From NCBI RefSeq assembly GCF_006345805.1, contig NC_043004.1, positions 104,346,001 through 104,410,000 on the forward strand: DNA of 64,000 bases, in the 5' to 3' direction. Numbering within the stretch: position 1 is the first letter of the stretch; the number at the start of each line of letters is the position of its first letter. The stretch comes from Octopus sinensis. Lineage: Eukaryota. The notes below the pieces were generated by a model. The model did not search any database, was not told the DNA's origin, and saw nothing but the letters and a program-made list of their open reading frames with translations. Both the position numbers and the translations under genes were made by a program. This document shows, one piece after another, positions 63,505 to 64,000 of the stretch.

Positions 63505-63735
63505 AGGCGGCGAGTTGGCAGAAATGTTAGCACGCCGGGTGAAATGCGTTGCCGTATTTCGTCTGCCGTTACGTTCCGAGTTCAAATTCCGCCAAGGTCG
63601 ACTTTGCCTTTCATCCTTCCGGGGTCGATAAATTAAGTACCAGTTACGCACTGGGGTCGATATAATCGACTGAATCCGTTTTTCTGTCCTTGTTTGTCTC
63701 CTCTGTGTTTAGCCCCTTGTGGGTAGTAAAGAAAT
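63505..63735 (+). mobile_element. SINE family B, young copy
   Basis: Near-identical to 8535-8770. Confidence 0.93.
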
Positions 63736-63876
63736 ATAATATATATATATATATTATATATATATATAGTAGAAAGATCTCCCTTTTAGTAGAAAGAATA
63801 GCTATAACTCTTTGACTGCTATTTCTAAATTCGGTGTGTGGTGAGGCAAATCGTTGCTAAACCCTTAATTACTTAG

Positions 63877-63907
<31 letters not shown>

Positions 63908-64000
63908 ACACATATAGAAAGTCATAGAGAGAATGTCAGTTTTTTTAATATTACATATATAAGTACCCAATTTATCTATTTTTTAGTTTTGTTTAAAATA

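Overview
AT-rich animal genomic DNA, dense in microsatellites and retroposons. The SINE and LINE families match what I remember of Octopus (coleoid cephalopod) repeats; I cannot verify this without a search. Nearly all ORFs in the supplied track are microsatellite artefacts or transposon relics. Host-gene content appears limited to two things: the last two exons of an upstream + strand gene (3-69, 369-406), and a putative + strand gene whose short exons at 24514, 25064, 31385, 40940, (50841) and 56274 splice in frame into an unrecognised 122-136 aa protein, lying in a visibly CpG-depleted domain (~14-58 kb). The rest is tRNA-derived SINEs (four families, here called A-D), RTE, CR1-type, RLE-type and Penelope-like retroelement fragments, Tigger/pogo, three mariners, hAT MITEs, a non-autonomous Helitron and fold-back elements. 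The most striking observation is a set of hammerhead-ribozyme motifs. One is a complete type I hammerhead (4567-4672, minus strand). Another is a ~217-bp palindrome (52075-52291) with one hammerhead per arm, where the copy on the gene's sense strand has a mutated catalytic core and the antisense copy is intact. Several long intronic inverted repeats could form dsRNA. Element boundaries given without TSD/TIR evidence are approximate.
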